In this document: in pieces, positions 1 to 8,817 of the stretch
Layout: every line of letters starts with the position of its first letter
How positions within the stretch are numbered: position 1 is the first letter of the stretch
Source of the DNA: Patescibacteria group bacterium
Lineage (GTDB): Bacteria; Patescibacteriota; Patescibacteriia; UBA9934; GWF2-40-263
Direction: 5' to 3'
Assembly: GCA_004297215.1 (NCBI GenBank)
Contig: SCUM01000001.1
Location: forward strand, 545,181 to 609,180
DNA length: 64,000 nt
Notes under the pieces: model-generated
The model's input: only the letters and a program-made list of their open reading frames with translations
Told to the model about the DNA's origin: nothing
The model's database searches: none
Translations under genes and position numbers: made by a program

Positions 1-2
1 AC

Positions 3-506
3 CCCTCGCTCGCCGACCTCGGGTATTTCGGCAGCATCCCCTGCTACATTTACGGCGCCATCATGCTCGGGAAGGCGTCGGGCGTGAACATCTCCCTCAA
101 GTCGGTCTCAAGCAGGCTCCAGGCGGTAGCGATCCCGCTCGCGATGCTCGGCCTTTCGTACTATCTCTTCCTGCGAGGATACGAGTTCGACTGGTCCGCC
201 CCGCTGCGGATCTTCCTGGATTTCGGCTACCCGTTCGGTCAGGCGATCTACGTGTCGGTCGCGATGCTCGTCTACCTGCTCTCCACGAAGACGCTCGGCG
301 GCATCATGAAGGACAAGGTGCTGCTCATCCTGTCGGCGCTCGTCGTCCAATACGCCGCGGATTACAATTTCCTGTCCCAAGCGTACGCGGGCACATGGGG
401 CGTGAGCGGGTACGGGGACGTCATCTACCTCCTCGCCTACTTCCTGCTGGCCATTGGACTCATCCGGCTCAAGACCGAGTACATCCACCCGCGAGAAAAA
501 GCCTGA
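3..506 (+). CDS. Multi-pass membrane protein, 5' end outside the window
   Basis: Frame is open from position 3 (PSLADLGYFGSIPCYIYGAIML...), with several hydrophobic helices and TGA at 504-506. Confidence 0.75.
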   Translation, partial: PSLADLGYFGSIPCYIYGAIMLGKASGVNISLKSVSSRLQAVAIPLAMLGLSYYLFLRGYEFDWSAPLRIFLDFGYPFGQAIYVSVAMLVYLLSTKTLGGIMKDKVLLILSALVVQYAADYNFLSQAYAGTWGVSGYGDVIYLLAYFLLAIGLIRLKTEYIHPREKA

Positions 507-511
507 ACGTC

Positions 512-1111
512 ATGGACTGGCACCTCTTGATCGGCATCGCGGCTGGCGTCCTCCAGGTATCAGCCATCGTCCCGTATGTGCGGGACATCCTGAAGCGCCA
601 GACGAAGCCGAATATCGTCTCCTGGGCGCTATGGACCCTCATCCAATTGATCGCCATCTGGGTGCTGGTCACCTCGGAGGCGGGATTCTCCTGGTCGCTC
701 ATCCTGCTCCTCGCCACCACCTTCAACACCGGGTTGGTGGTGGTGCTGTGCCTCATGGGATACGGCTACAAGGAGTTCGGGCACGTCGAGAAGGCCTGCC
801 TGACGATCGCCCTGGTCGCTATCGCGCTCTACGTCTTCACGAAGGACGCGGCCCTTTCCCTCGCCTTCGACATCGTGGCGGACCTGGTGGCCGCGACCCC
901 TACGATCGTGAAGACGTTCCGCGAACCGCACACGGAAGCCGTCATGCCCTGGGTCATGGTATCCGTCGCCGCCGCGCTCGGCGCGTTGTCGAGCACCATC
1001 ATCGACGTCGAGAACCTGGCCCTGCCGATCTATCTCGCCTTCGTGAACGGACTCATCGCCGCCATCGCCTTTTTCGGCCAAAGGGCGAAGCCGCAGAGCG
1101 CCCAGGCCTGA
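512..1111 (+). CDS. Hypothetical multi-pass membrane protein
   Basis: ATG 512 (MDWHLLIGIAAG...) lies 5 nt after the previous stop; about 7 hydrophobic segments with an internal two-fold repeat (PYVRDILK / PTIVKTFR). Confidence 0.75.
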   Translation: MDWHLLIGIAAGVLQVSAIVPYVRDILKRQTKPNIVSWALWTLIQLIAIWVLVTSEAGFSWSLILLLATTFNTGLVVVLCLMGYGYKEFGHVEKACLTIALVAIALYVFTKDAALSLAFDIVADLVAATPTIVKTFREPHTEAVMPWVMVSVAAALGALSSTIIDVENLALPIYLAFVNGLIAAIAFFGQRAKPQSAQA

Positions 1112-1120
1112 CACGGACCG

Positions 1121-1483
1121 TCATCCCCACCACACCGTCTTCTCGCGCACGATCGAGTCCGGCGTGCCGAACGCCGTAAGGCAGCGGTCGCGGACGAGCT
1201 CGATGACGAACGGTTTGCACGAAAAGATGTCGATGAGCGCTTCGTCGTGGTTCGTGAAGGTATGGACGCTGATGTGGGAGAAGTCGAGCACCGCGAACCC
1301 CGAGAGTCCCGGGTTCTCGGGAATCCCTTCGCACACGGTCGGCCCGGCGATGACCGACATCCCGATTGACTCGACCGTCTCCTTGATGAACCGCGACAGG
1401 GCTCCGGCGTCGCGGATGACGGGATCGGCGTGATCGATGTCGAAAATGACGTGGTAGCGCGGGGTTCGCATATGTTCGGTCAC
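1121..1483 (-). CDS. speD: S-adenosylmethionine decarboxylase (AdoMetDC/SpeD) family pyruvoyl proenzyme
   Basis: GLSGFAVLDFSHISVHTF...ALIDIFSCKPF matches the family S-H-x-S-x-H-T and DxFxC motifs; GTG start overlaps the argS TGA (alternative ATG at 1471). Confidence 0.75.
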   Translation of the reverse strand: MTEHMRTPRYHVIFDIDHADPVIRDAGALSRFIKETVESIGMSVIAGPTVCEGIPENPGLSGFAVLDFSHISVHTFTNHDEALIDIFSCKPFVIELVRDRCLTAFGTPDSIVREKTVWWG

Positions 1484-3180
1484 ATCTCCTCCACCGTGTC
1501 GATCCCGAGCAGCGCGAGGCCGTTTTCCATCACCTGGCGCACGGCGTCCACGAGGGCGAGGCGCTGCGCCTTGGCTGCGCCTTGGCTCTCGAGCACGTTC
1601 ACGGCCTCATAGAAGGCAGCGAACGCCTGGGCGAGGTCGAACAGGCATTGGGCGATCCCGCTCGGGTGGATGGCGCTCGCGGACTCGTGCACCGTCTCCG
1701 GAAAGCGGGCGAGCTTCATGAGCAGCGCGCGTTCGGTGGGGTGCGTGAGGGCGTCGCCGGCGTTGGCGCGCTTGGCGCGACCCGCCTTCTTGAGCAGGCT
1801 CTTGGCGCGCGCGCAGGTATAGAGCAGGTACGGGCCGGTGAATCCGTCGAAGGAGAGCGCCTCCTGCATGTCGAAGGTGATTGCCTTGTCGAGGTCCTGC
1901 TTGAGCACCCCGAACCGGATGGCGGCGAAGGCGACGGCGCGGGCGACCTTCTCGACCTTCTTCGCGGCCCAGTCCTGGTGGCGCTTCGCGGTCTCGGCGC
2001 GGGCGAGGGCGACCATCTCGTCGCGGAAGGATTCGTACCGGATGATGTTCCCTTTCCGCGAAGACATGGCCCCTTCCTTGAGCGTGATGAACTCGTAGGA
2101 TACGTGCCCGAGCTCCTTTTGGAACCCGGCGCGCTTGAGGGTCGCGAACAATTGCTTGAGCGCAAGGCTCTGCCGCCCGTCCACCACGTACAGGCTGCGG
2201 TCCGGATGGAAATCGTCTTCCTTGCGATAGGCGAGCGCAAGGTCCTTGGCGTTGTACAGGAGCGTCCCGTCGCTTTTCACGAGCAGGTTCACGCCCAGCT
2301 TCTCGGGGGTGAGATCCACGATCACGGCCCCTTCGCTTTGCACGGCGATGGAGCGATGGCGCAGGTCCTCCACGAGGCGTTTGGTCTCGCCGATGAGCTC
2401 GGACTCGTAATACGTCTTGTCGATGGTGAGCCCGAGCTCCTTGAAGATGGCGTGGAGCTCCGCGAGCGACCACTTGCGGCTCTTCTTCCACGAGGAAACG
2501 TACGGGCCCTTGAGCTCCTCCAGGTCGCGATGGATGACCGACACTTCCTTCTTCACCGCTTCGGGATCCGCCTCCTCGGCGCGCACCGCCTCGGTATACA
2601 TGCGGCCCATGAACGCGATGCGGTCTTCCTTTCCTGGCAGCTCCCCGCTCTTCTTCATCATCCAGAGGGTCTTCGCCACGTGCGTGCCCAGGTCGTTGAT
2701 ATAGGAAACGGGGATCACCTCGTACCCGGCGGCGGATAGCAGGTTCACTACGGCCTGGCCCACGAAGAAGTTGCGCAGATGGCCCACATGCGCCTCCTTG
2801 TGCGTGTTGGGATTGGCGAACTCCACCATCACGCGCGTCTTCCCCGGCGGCGCCTTGCCATAGGCGTCTCCCTGCGCGACGATCTCGCCGAGCGCCGCGT
2901 CGCCGAGCGCCTTCATGTCGAGCGTGAAGTTGACGAACGGCCCGGCCGCGACGGCTCGCGCGACGAACCCCTTGGTCTCCAGCTTCGCAGCGATCTCGCT
3001 CGCGAGCTCGGTCGGGTTCCTCTTCGTCGCCTTCGCGAGCGCGAAGCACGGGAACGCCACCTCGCCCAGTTTCGCGTCCGGCGGGGTCGTCAAATCCGCC
3101 ACGGTGGGGGTGAATTCCTTCCCCACCGCGGATTTCAAGTCGAGCAGGATCTGCCGCTTGGCGTCTTGGAAGGCGGACAT
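1480..3180 (-). CDS. argS: Arginine--tRNA ligase
   Basis: VEFANPNTHKEAHVGHLRN (HIGH region), MSSRKGN, C-terminal DALR-type anticodon-binding domain. Confidence 0.96.
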   Translation of the reverse strand: MSAFQDAKRQILLDLKSAVGKEFTPTVADLTTPPDAKLGEVAFPCFALAKATKRNPTELASEIAAKLETKGFVARAVAAGPFVNFTLDMKALGDAALGEIVAQGDAYGKAPPGKTRVMVEFANPNTHKEAHVGHLRNFFVGQAVVNLLSAAGYEVIPVSYINDLGTHVAKTLWMMKKSGELPGKEDRIAFMGRMYTEAVRAEEADPEAVKKEVSVIHRDLEELKGPYVSSWKKSRKWSLAELHAIFKELGLTIDKTYYESELIGETKRLVEDLRHRSIAVQSEGAVIVDLTPEKLGVNLLVKSDGTLLYNAKDLALAYRKEDDFHPDRSLYVVDGRQSLALKQLFATLKRAGFQKELGHVSYEFITLKEGAMSSRKGNIIRYESFRDEMVALARAETAKRHQDWAAKKVEKVARAVAFAAIRFGVLKQDLDKAITFDMQEALSFDGFTGPYLLYTCARAKSLLKKAGRAKRANAGDALTHPTERALLMKLARFPETVHESASAIHPSGIAQCLFDLAQAFAAFYEAVNVLESQGAAKAQRLALVDAVRQVMENGLALLGIDTVEEM

Positions 3181-3189
3181 AAGACTCAG

Positions 3190-3244
3190 GGGGTAGGGGG
3201 TAGTACGTAGTGCGTAGGATTTTCTACCACCTACCGACTACCCC
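3190..3244. repeat. Inverted heptamer array (NNNGTAG x4 / CTACNNN x3) forming a hairpin
   Basis: ggggtag ggggtag tacgtag tgcgtag - gatttt - ctaccac ctaccga ctacccc; the last unit supplies the tyrS TAG. Confidence 0.85.
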
Positions 3245-4449
3245 CTCATGACCTTAATAAAATGCCTCTTTCCTTTCTGCACGACGACCCCCTCCGCCGT
3301 CGGGACGACCTGCGCGTCGTATCCCTTCACGACCGCGCCGGCGACCTTCACCCCGCTGCCGTCGATCAGTCGCTTGGCCTCGCCTTTGGACGCCACAAGC
3401 TTCGTCTCGACGAGCAGGTCGATGACGTTCAGGGGGCCCGAAACGCGATGATGGGGCATGTCGGTGGGCGTCTCGTGCGCCTTAAACATCGCGTCGAACC
3501 GTTCAGACGCTTCCGCGGCGGCCGTATCCCCGAAGAATGACCGGACGACCTCGCGGGCGAGGTGCGCCTTCACGTCGCGCGGGTTGGAACCGGTCGCGAG
3601 TTCGTCCTTGATGGCCGCGAGCTGGATGGCCGGGAGGCCCGTGAGCAGCTCGAACCCCGGCTCGATCATCCCGTCGGTCCAGCTCATGATCTTCCCGAAC
3701 ACGTCGTCGGCCGAATCCTCGAGCGTGATCATGTTCCCCTCGCTCTTCCCCATCTTCTTGCCCGTGGGGTCGGTGAGGAGCTTCGTGGTGATGACGAACT
3801 TCTCCTTGCCCTTCATGGCCTTCATGAGGTCGCGGCCCATCAGCATGTTGAAGGTCTGGTCGTTGCCGCCGATCTCGCCGTCCACGCCCATCGCCACCGA
3901 GTCGTATCCCTGCATGAGCGGATACAGGAACTCGTGCGTGTGGATCGGCTTCCCCTCCTTCCGACGCGCGTCGAACATGTCGCGCGCCTCGATCTGCTGG
4001 ATGGTCGTGTGCGCGGCGAGATCGACCACGTCCGCGAACGACATCTTGGCCAACCACTTGGAATTGTATTTCAACTCCGCCTTGTTGAGGCCGGAAAAAC
4101 GTAGGATCTTGCCGGCCTGCTTCTTGTAGCCCTTCGCGTTGGCAAGCACCTGCTTGCGCGTGAGGCGCACGCGGGTGGCGCTCTTGTCGGTGGGGTCGCC
4201 GATCATGGCGGTGAAGTCCCCGATGAGCAGGATGACCTTATGCCCGAGGTCCTGGAACTCGCGCAGCTTTTTCAGCACGATGGCATGTCCCATGTGCAGC
4301 GTCGGGCCGGTGGGGTCCACGCCGAGGTACATCGTGAGCTTCTTCCCTTCGAGCAGCCGCGCCTTAACGAAGTCGCGCGACGGGTACACGTTCTCCACGC
4401 CGCGCGTGAGGAAGGCGTCGATCCTTTGTGGGTCGGTGATGACGGGCAT
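3238..4449 (-). CDS. tyrS: Tyrosine--tRNA ligase
   Basis: YLGVDPTGPTLHMGH, YPLMQGYD, GGNDQTFN, KMGKS, C-terminal S4 domain. Confidence 0.97.
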   Translation of the reverse strand: MPVITDPQRIDAFLTRGVENVYPSRDFVKARLLEGKKLTMYLGVDPTGPTLHMGHAIVLKKLREFQDLGHKVILLIGDFTAMIGDPTDKSATRVRLTRKQVLANAKGYKKQAGKILRFSGLNKAELKYNSKWLAKMSFADVVDLAAHTTIQQIEARDMFDARRKEGKPIHTHEFLYPLMQGYDSVAMGVDGEIGGNDQTFNMLMGRDLMKAMKGKEKFVITTKLLTDPTGKKMGKSEGNMITLEDSADDVFGKIMSWTDGMIEPGFELLTGLPAIQLAAIKDELATGSNPRDVKAHLAREVVRSFFGDTAAAEASERFDAMFKAHETPTDMPHHRVSGPLNVIDLLVETKLVASKGEAKRLIDGSGVKVAGAVVKGYDAQVVPTAEGVVVQKGKRHFIKVMRG

Positions 4450-4452
4450 AGG

Positions 4453-7134
4453 TCAATGGAGAGTGTTGAGCTGTCCTTCGAGCGCCGCGAGCTTCGCGTG
4501 GGCTTCGTCCAGCTTCGCACGCATATCGGCGACCACCTTCTCCGGCGCTTTGCCGACGAATTCCTTGTTCTCAAGTTTGGCAGACGTGGTTTCGACGTAC
4601 TTCTTCGTCGTCTCAATCTCGGCCTGTAGGCGCGCGCGTTCCTTTTCGACGTCCACGAGCCCGGCGAGCGGTACGTAGATGGTACACCCTGCGACCACGG
4701 CCGACGTAGAGCCGTCCGGTTTGGTGGCATCCGGGGCGATCGTGAGCTCGCCGACGCGCGCGAGGCGGCGGATGAGCGCCGCATTCTCCGTAAGGAGGTC
4801 CGCATGCTCCCCCGCGGCGATGGCCGCGGCGGTTTCCTTGCCTGGCTCCACCTTGTAATCCGCGCGCATGCCGCGCAGGGCGCCCACGATCTCGCGGACG
4901 AGGGAGAATTCCCGCTCCGCCACCTCGTCATGCACCCGCAGCGCCTCCGGCCACTCGGCGACCATCAACATCCCTTCGGCCCCTTCAGCCGCTTCGGCCC
5001 CCTTCATCTCCCCCCAAATGACCTCCGTCACGTACGGCATGAACGGATGCCACAGGGCGATGAGGCCGCGCAGCACCTCGATGAGGATGGAGTCGGTGCT
5101 TTTCGCGTATCCCGGCTCGGCGCGCTGCGCCTTGGCGATTTCCAGGTACCAGTCGGCGAACTCGTTCCAGGTGAAGTCACGCAAGAGCTCCCCCGCGGCC
5201 GAAAACGCCTTGGCATTGAGCAAGTTCGTCACTTCGCGGGTGACTTCTCCCAATCTCGACAGGATCCAACGATCGGCCAGCGTCTGCGGTTGCACGACCC
5301 TCTCATGCTCCCCCTTGGCAAGGGGGAGATAGCTCGCCTCGTTCACAGTCGTGAGCACGAAGCGGGAGATGTTCCAGAGCTTGTTGGTGAAATTGCGGAA
5401 CCCGGCCACCTTTTCCTCGGACAGCTTCACGTCGTTCCCCGGCGTGGAACCGATCACGAGCGACAGGCGGGTGGCATCCGCCCCGTACTTCGCGATCATG
5501 TCGAGCGGGTCGATGATGTTGCCCAGCGACTTGCTCATCTTGCGCCCATGCTCGTCGCGGATGAGCCCGTGCAGGTATACCTCCTTGAACGGCGCTTCAC
5601 CCAGCACGTACTGGCTCATGAGGATCATGCGCGCCACCCAGAAGAACAGGATGTCATATCCCGTCTCGAGCACGGACGTCGGGTGGAATGTCGCCAAGTC
5701 CTTCGTCTTCTCCGGCCAGCCGAGGGTGGAGAACGTCCAAAGCCCGGAGCTGAACCAGGTGTCGAGGGTATCCTCATCTTGAACCCAGTCGTCACCTTCC
5801 GGAGCCGACTCGCCGCAGAAAACTTCTTCGCCGCGGTACCAGACCGGGACGCGATGCCCGAACCAGATCTGGCGGCTCACGTTCCAGTCGCGTAGGTTGT
5901 CGATCCAATGGAAGTACGTCTTCTCGAACCGTTCGGGCATGATCTTCACCGTCCCGCCCTTCACGGCGTCCTGCATCAGCTTCTTGAGCGTGACCTTGCG
6001 CAAGCCGCGTCGGAACGGCTTGTTCACGTCGATGAACCACTGCAGCTTGGGCAGCGGCTCGATGGGCGCGCCCGTGCGTTCGGCAACCGATATGTTCTGG
6101 GCGACCTCTTCTTCCTTTTGGAGCAGGTCGTTGTCGCGCAGCCAGGCGACGACGGCCGCACGCGCCTCGAGCGTGGTCTTGCCCGCGACGAGCGAGCCGG
6201 CCTCGGGGAGCATGCGCGCATCTTCTCCGATGACCTGGATCGTTGGCAGACCATGGCGTTTCGCGATGTCCGCGTCGATGGCGCTGTGCGCCGGGGTCAC
6301 GCCCAACGCGCCCGTGCCAAACGCCGGGTCCACGCTCTCGTCCGCGACCACCTTGATCGACCGTTTCGCGCCGGCGAACGCGACGTCGAACGTCTTTCCG
6401 ACGAGCTTTTTGTAGCGCTCATCCGTCGGATGTACCGCAACGGCCGTGTCGCCCACTTTCGTTTCAGGACGCGTGGTCGAGATGGCGATCGGGAAGTCCT
6501 TCGAATACGTGAACGTGTACAGCGTCGCCTTCCCTTCCTTGTGGTTCACCTCGTCGTCGGAGATGGTGGTGCGGCCGACCGGGTCCCAATTAACCACGCG
6601 GAAGGCGCGGTACATGAGCCCGTCGTCGTACATCATCCTGAACGCCAAGTTCACGGCGCGGCTGCGCTTCTCGTCGAGCGTGTACGCCTCGCGCGACCAG
6701 TCAAGCGACGACCCCATCTTCTTCGCCTGGTTCACGATGGTGTCGTGGCTCTCCTTGGCGAACTTCCTCACTTCGTCCAGGAACCTCTCGCGCCCGAGCT
6801 CGCGGCGCGGGTCCTTCATCCCCTTCTCCGTAAGCAGCTTCTCGACCTTGGATTGGGTGGCGATGGCCGCATGGTCGGTGCCGGGAATCCACAGCGCCTT
6901 CTTCCCGCGCATGCGCTCGAAACGCACCATCAGGTCCTGTATGGCGAGCATGGCCGCGTGCCCCATGTGCAGCGTCCCGGTCACGTTTGGCGGCGGGAGC
7001 ACGATGCAGAACGGCTCCTTCCGGTCGCCGGGAAGGTTGTCTGGATTGAAAAAACCGCTCTTCTCCCAAGCTGCGTATATCGCGTCCTCATGGGCAGTGG
7101 GTTCGTAGGCCTTCGGAATCTGTCGGTCCGGCAT
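4453..7134 (-). CDS. valS: Valine--tRNA ligase
   Basis: PPPNVTGTLHMGH, DTWFSS, KMSKS, C-terminal coiled coil; start taken at MPDRQIPKAYEP. Confidence 0.97.
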   Translation of the reverse strand: MPDRQIPKAYEPTAHEDAIYAAWEKSGFFNPDNLPGDRKEPFCIVLPPPNVTGTLHMGHAAMLAIQDLMVRFERMRGKKALWIPGTDHAAIATQSKVEKLLTEKGMKDPRRELGRERFLDEVRKFAKESHDTIVNQAKKMGSSLDWSREAYTLDEKRSRAVNLAFRMMYDDGLMYRAFRVVNWDPVGRTTISDDEVNHKEGKATLYTFTYSKDFPIAISTTRPETKVGDTAVAVHPTDERYKKLVGKTFDVAFAGAKRSIKVVADESVDPAFGTGALGVTPAHSAIDADIAKRHGLPTIQVIGEDARMLPEAGSLVAGKTTLEARAAVVAWLRDNDLLQKEEEVAQNISVAERTGAPIEPLPKLQWFIDVNKPFRRGLRKVTLKKLMQDAVKGGTVKIMPERFEKTYFHWIDNLRDWNVSRQIWFGHRVPVWYRGEEVFCGESAPEGDDWVQDEDTLDTWFSSGLWTFSTLGWPEKTKDLATFHPTSVLETGYDILFFWVARMILMSQYVLGEAPFKEVYLHGLIRDEHGRKMSKSLGNIIDPLDMIAKYGADATRLSLVIGSTPGNDVKLSEEKVAGFRNFTNKLWNISRFVLTTVNEASYLPLAKGEHERVVQPQTLADRWILSRLGEVTREVTNLLNAKAFSAAGELLRDFTWNEFADWYLEIAKAQRAEPGYAKSTDSILIEVLRGLIALWHPFMPYVTEVIWGEMKGAEAAEGAEGMLMVAEWPEALRVHDEVAEREFSLVREIVGALRGMRADYKVEPGKETAAAIAAGEHADLLTENAALIRRLARVGELTIAPDATKPDGSTSAVVAGCTIYVPLAGLVDVEKERARLQAEIETTKKYVETTSAKLENKEFVGKAPEKVVADMRAKLDEAHAKLAALEGQLNTLH
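5291..5333 (-). repeat. 43-nt palindromic repeat, in frame inside valS
   Basis: Reverse complement is 40/43 identical to 42677-42719; contains a CTCCCCCTT-N3-AAGGGGGAG hairpin. Confidence 0.85.
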
Positions 7135-7255
7135 ATTCGGTGCCAGCTTAGGCGAAAACGGAGTGGGAGGCAATGCTTGCGCGATGGGTATCATTCATTA
7201 TCTACTGACGGATAAGCCGGCATGCTATGCTGAGCGGGTTAATGTCTTCACTATT

Positions 7256-7708
7256 ATGGACTGTGTTTTTTGCAAGATTGCCAAGGGAGAAGCTCCGGCC
7301 CACAAAATTTGGGAGGACGAGAGGTATCTTGCTTTCCTTTCGATTTTTCCGAATACGGAAGGATTCTCCGTCGTCATTCCCAAGAAACATTACCCGTCTT
7401 ATGCGTTCGATTTGCCCGACGCGGTCCTACACGGCCTCGTGCAGGCGGCGAGTCGGACCGCGAAACTGCTTGACCTGAAACTGGAAGATGTCGGCCGTAC
7501 GGGCATGATCTTCGAAGGATTCGGCGTCGACCACGTCCACGCGAAGTTGTTTCCGATGCACGGGACCAAGGGGCCTGAATGGAAACCGATGAAATCGAAC
7601 GTCAACAAGTATTTTAACACGTACGAAGGGTACATTTCCTCGCACGACCACGTACGTGCGGATGACGGAAAACTCGCCGAGCTGGCGCGACGCATCAGCG
7701 GGAAATAA
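7256..7708 (+). CDS. HIT family nucleotide hydrolase with variant HxHxK triad (MccH-like)
   Basis: MDCVFCKI...AFLSIFPNTEGFSVVIPKKH...DHVHAKLFP; F37 and K97 occupy positions that are normally His. Confidence 0.9.
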   Translation: MDCVFCKIAKGEAPAHKIWEDERYLAFLSIFPNTEGFSVVIPKKHYPSYAFDLPDAVLHGLVQAASRTAKLLDLKLEDVGRTGMIFEGFGVDHVHAKLFPMHGTKGPEWKPMKSNVNKYFNTYEGYISSHDHVRADDGKLAELARRISGK

Positions 7709-7722
7709 GGCGTATCGCCTCC

Positions 7723-7770
7723 TAAAAAAGAAAAGGGCCTGGCTGCAGGATCGCAGCTAGGCCCTTGTAT
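7723..7770. terminator. Probable bidirectional intrinsic terminator
   Basis: aagggcctggctgc-aggatc-gcagctaggccctt hairpin with an A-rich flank, between convergent genes. Confidence 0.65.
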
Positions 7771-7785
7771 TTCCGTGATTCCGCA

Positions 7786-8817
7786 TCAGAACCCGTAGAA
7801 CGCTTTCGCGTTGTCATGGAACAGCTTTTGCTTCACGGACGCGCGTTCCGTCTCTGACAGCCCGGAAACGGCCATCCGTATGGCTCCTAACGCCTGCCAA
7901 TGCGCGTGCGGCGCGCCCGCAGCCAAATGCCCGTATTCCCCATGCTCGGCAAGATCCACCCAATGATACGGATAATCCGTCGCCAGTCGCTCGCCGCGCT
8001 GCGGATGCGCATACGGCACGGAACGGATCAGCTGCAACGGCTCGTCCGAGCCGTACATGATCCTGTCCGAACCCACGATGCGCAGGGCCATCGCCACGAC
8101 CTCTGCCGATGGCACCAACGCCGTATCGAAGGAAATCTGCGGATGCTTCGCGATTTCCACGAAGGCCTCCTCGAGTCCGGGCACCGCGTATTTCGTCAGG
8201 CTGAGATGGGCCAGGCAGACACGCAAGCGCGGAAAGTCCCGCACGAGCGTGAGAATCTGATCGAGGCACGCGGTAATCCGCATGGGCGGATGCAGGAGGA
8301 TAGGCACGCCGAGGGCCTGTGCCTGTTCCAGGACCTCCTTCGGGAAATACTGATAGATCTCGCCGGCGGGCGGCTCGTGATACGAGTAGTACATTTTCAA
8401 CGCCGAGACGCGCGGATGACCGAGCATGCCGATCGTGTACTCCACGTCGTCCGGGAGACCGTAGAGGGCGATCCGGTCTTCCGCCATGCTTTGCCCGAGC
8501 AGATACCGGTTCGCCTCCTTATGGTCTATACCTCGGAACGGCATCGCGAAACGCAAGGCATGGACCGTCTTCCCCGGATACAGGATCCGATGCCACTCGT
8601 CCGATTCCTCCAAGGTGAAGCTTGGGAACGTCGAAAGCATGTGCCCGTAAGCGCGCGCATCGACTGCCCGGACATGCTCAGGCGTGCTCCCGTGGGAATG
8701 ACCGTCGATGATCGTCTCTGGCAGCCACTCCGCGAACTCCTCGACCAAACGCCGTTCGGCTTCGGTAAAGGACTTCGCATGCGCGAGATAGGCTTCCCGG
8801 TCGATGTTCCGTTTCAT
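7786..8817 (-). CDS. Amidohydrolase superfamily (Amidohydro_2-like) metal-dependent hydrolase
   Basis: IIDGHSH, ALKMY, PILLH, LAHL, FDTA, DRIMYGSDEP; GGAGG upstream; 4-nt overlap with the upstream methyltransferase. Confidence 0.85.
   Translation of the reverse strand: MKRNIDREAYLAHAKSFTEAERRLVEEFAEWLPETIIDGHSHGSTPEHVRAVDARAYGHMLSTFPSFTLEESDEWHRILYPGKTVHALRFAMPFRGIDHKEANRYLLGQSMAEDRIALYGLPDDVEYTIGMLGHPRVSALKMYYSYHEPPAGEIYQYFPKEVLEQAQALGVPILLHPPMRITACLDQILTLVRDFPRLRVCLAHLSLTKYAVPGLEEAFVEIAKHPQISFDTALVPSAEVVAMALRIVGSDRIMYGSDEPLQLIRSVPYAHPQRGERLATDYPYHWVDLAEHGEYGHLAAGAPHAHWQALGAIRMAVSGLSETERASVKQKLFHDNAKAFYGF

Noticed and set aside
3181-7200. T-box riboswitches ahead of the synthetase genes
   Set aside because: Intergenic gaps are too short and no T-box consensus was seen
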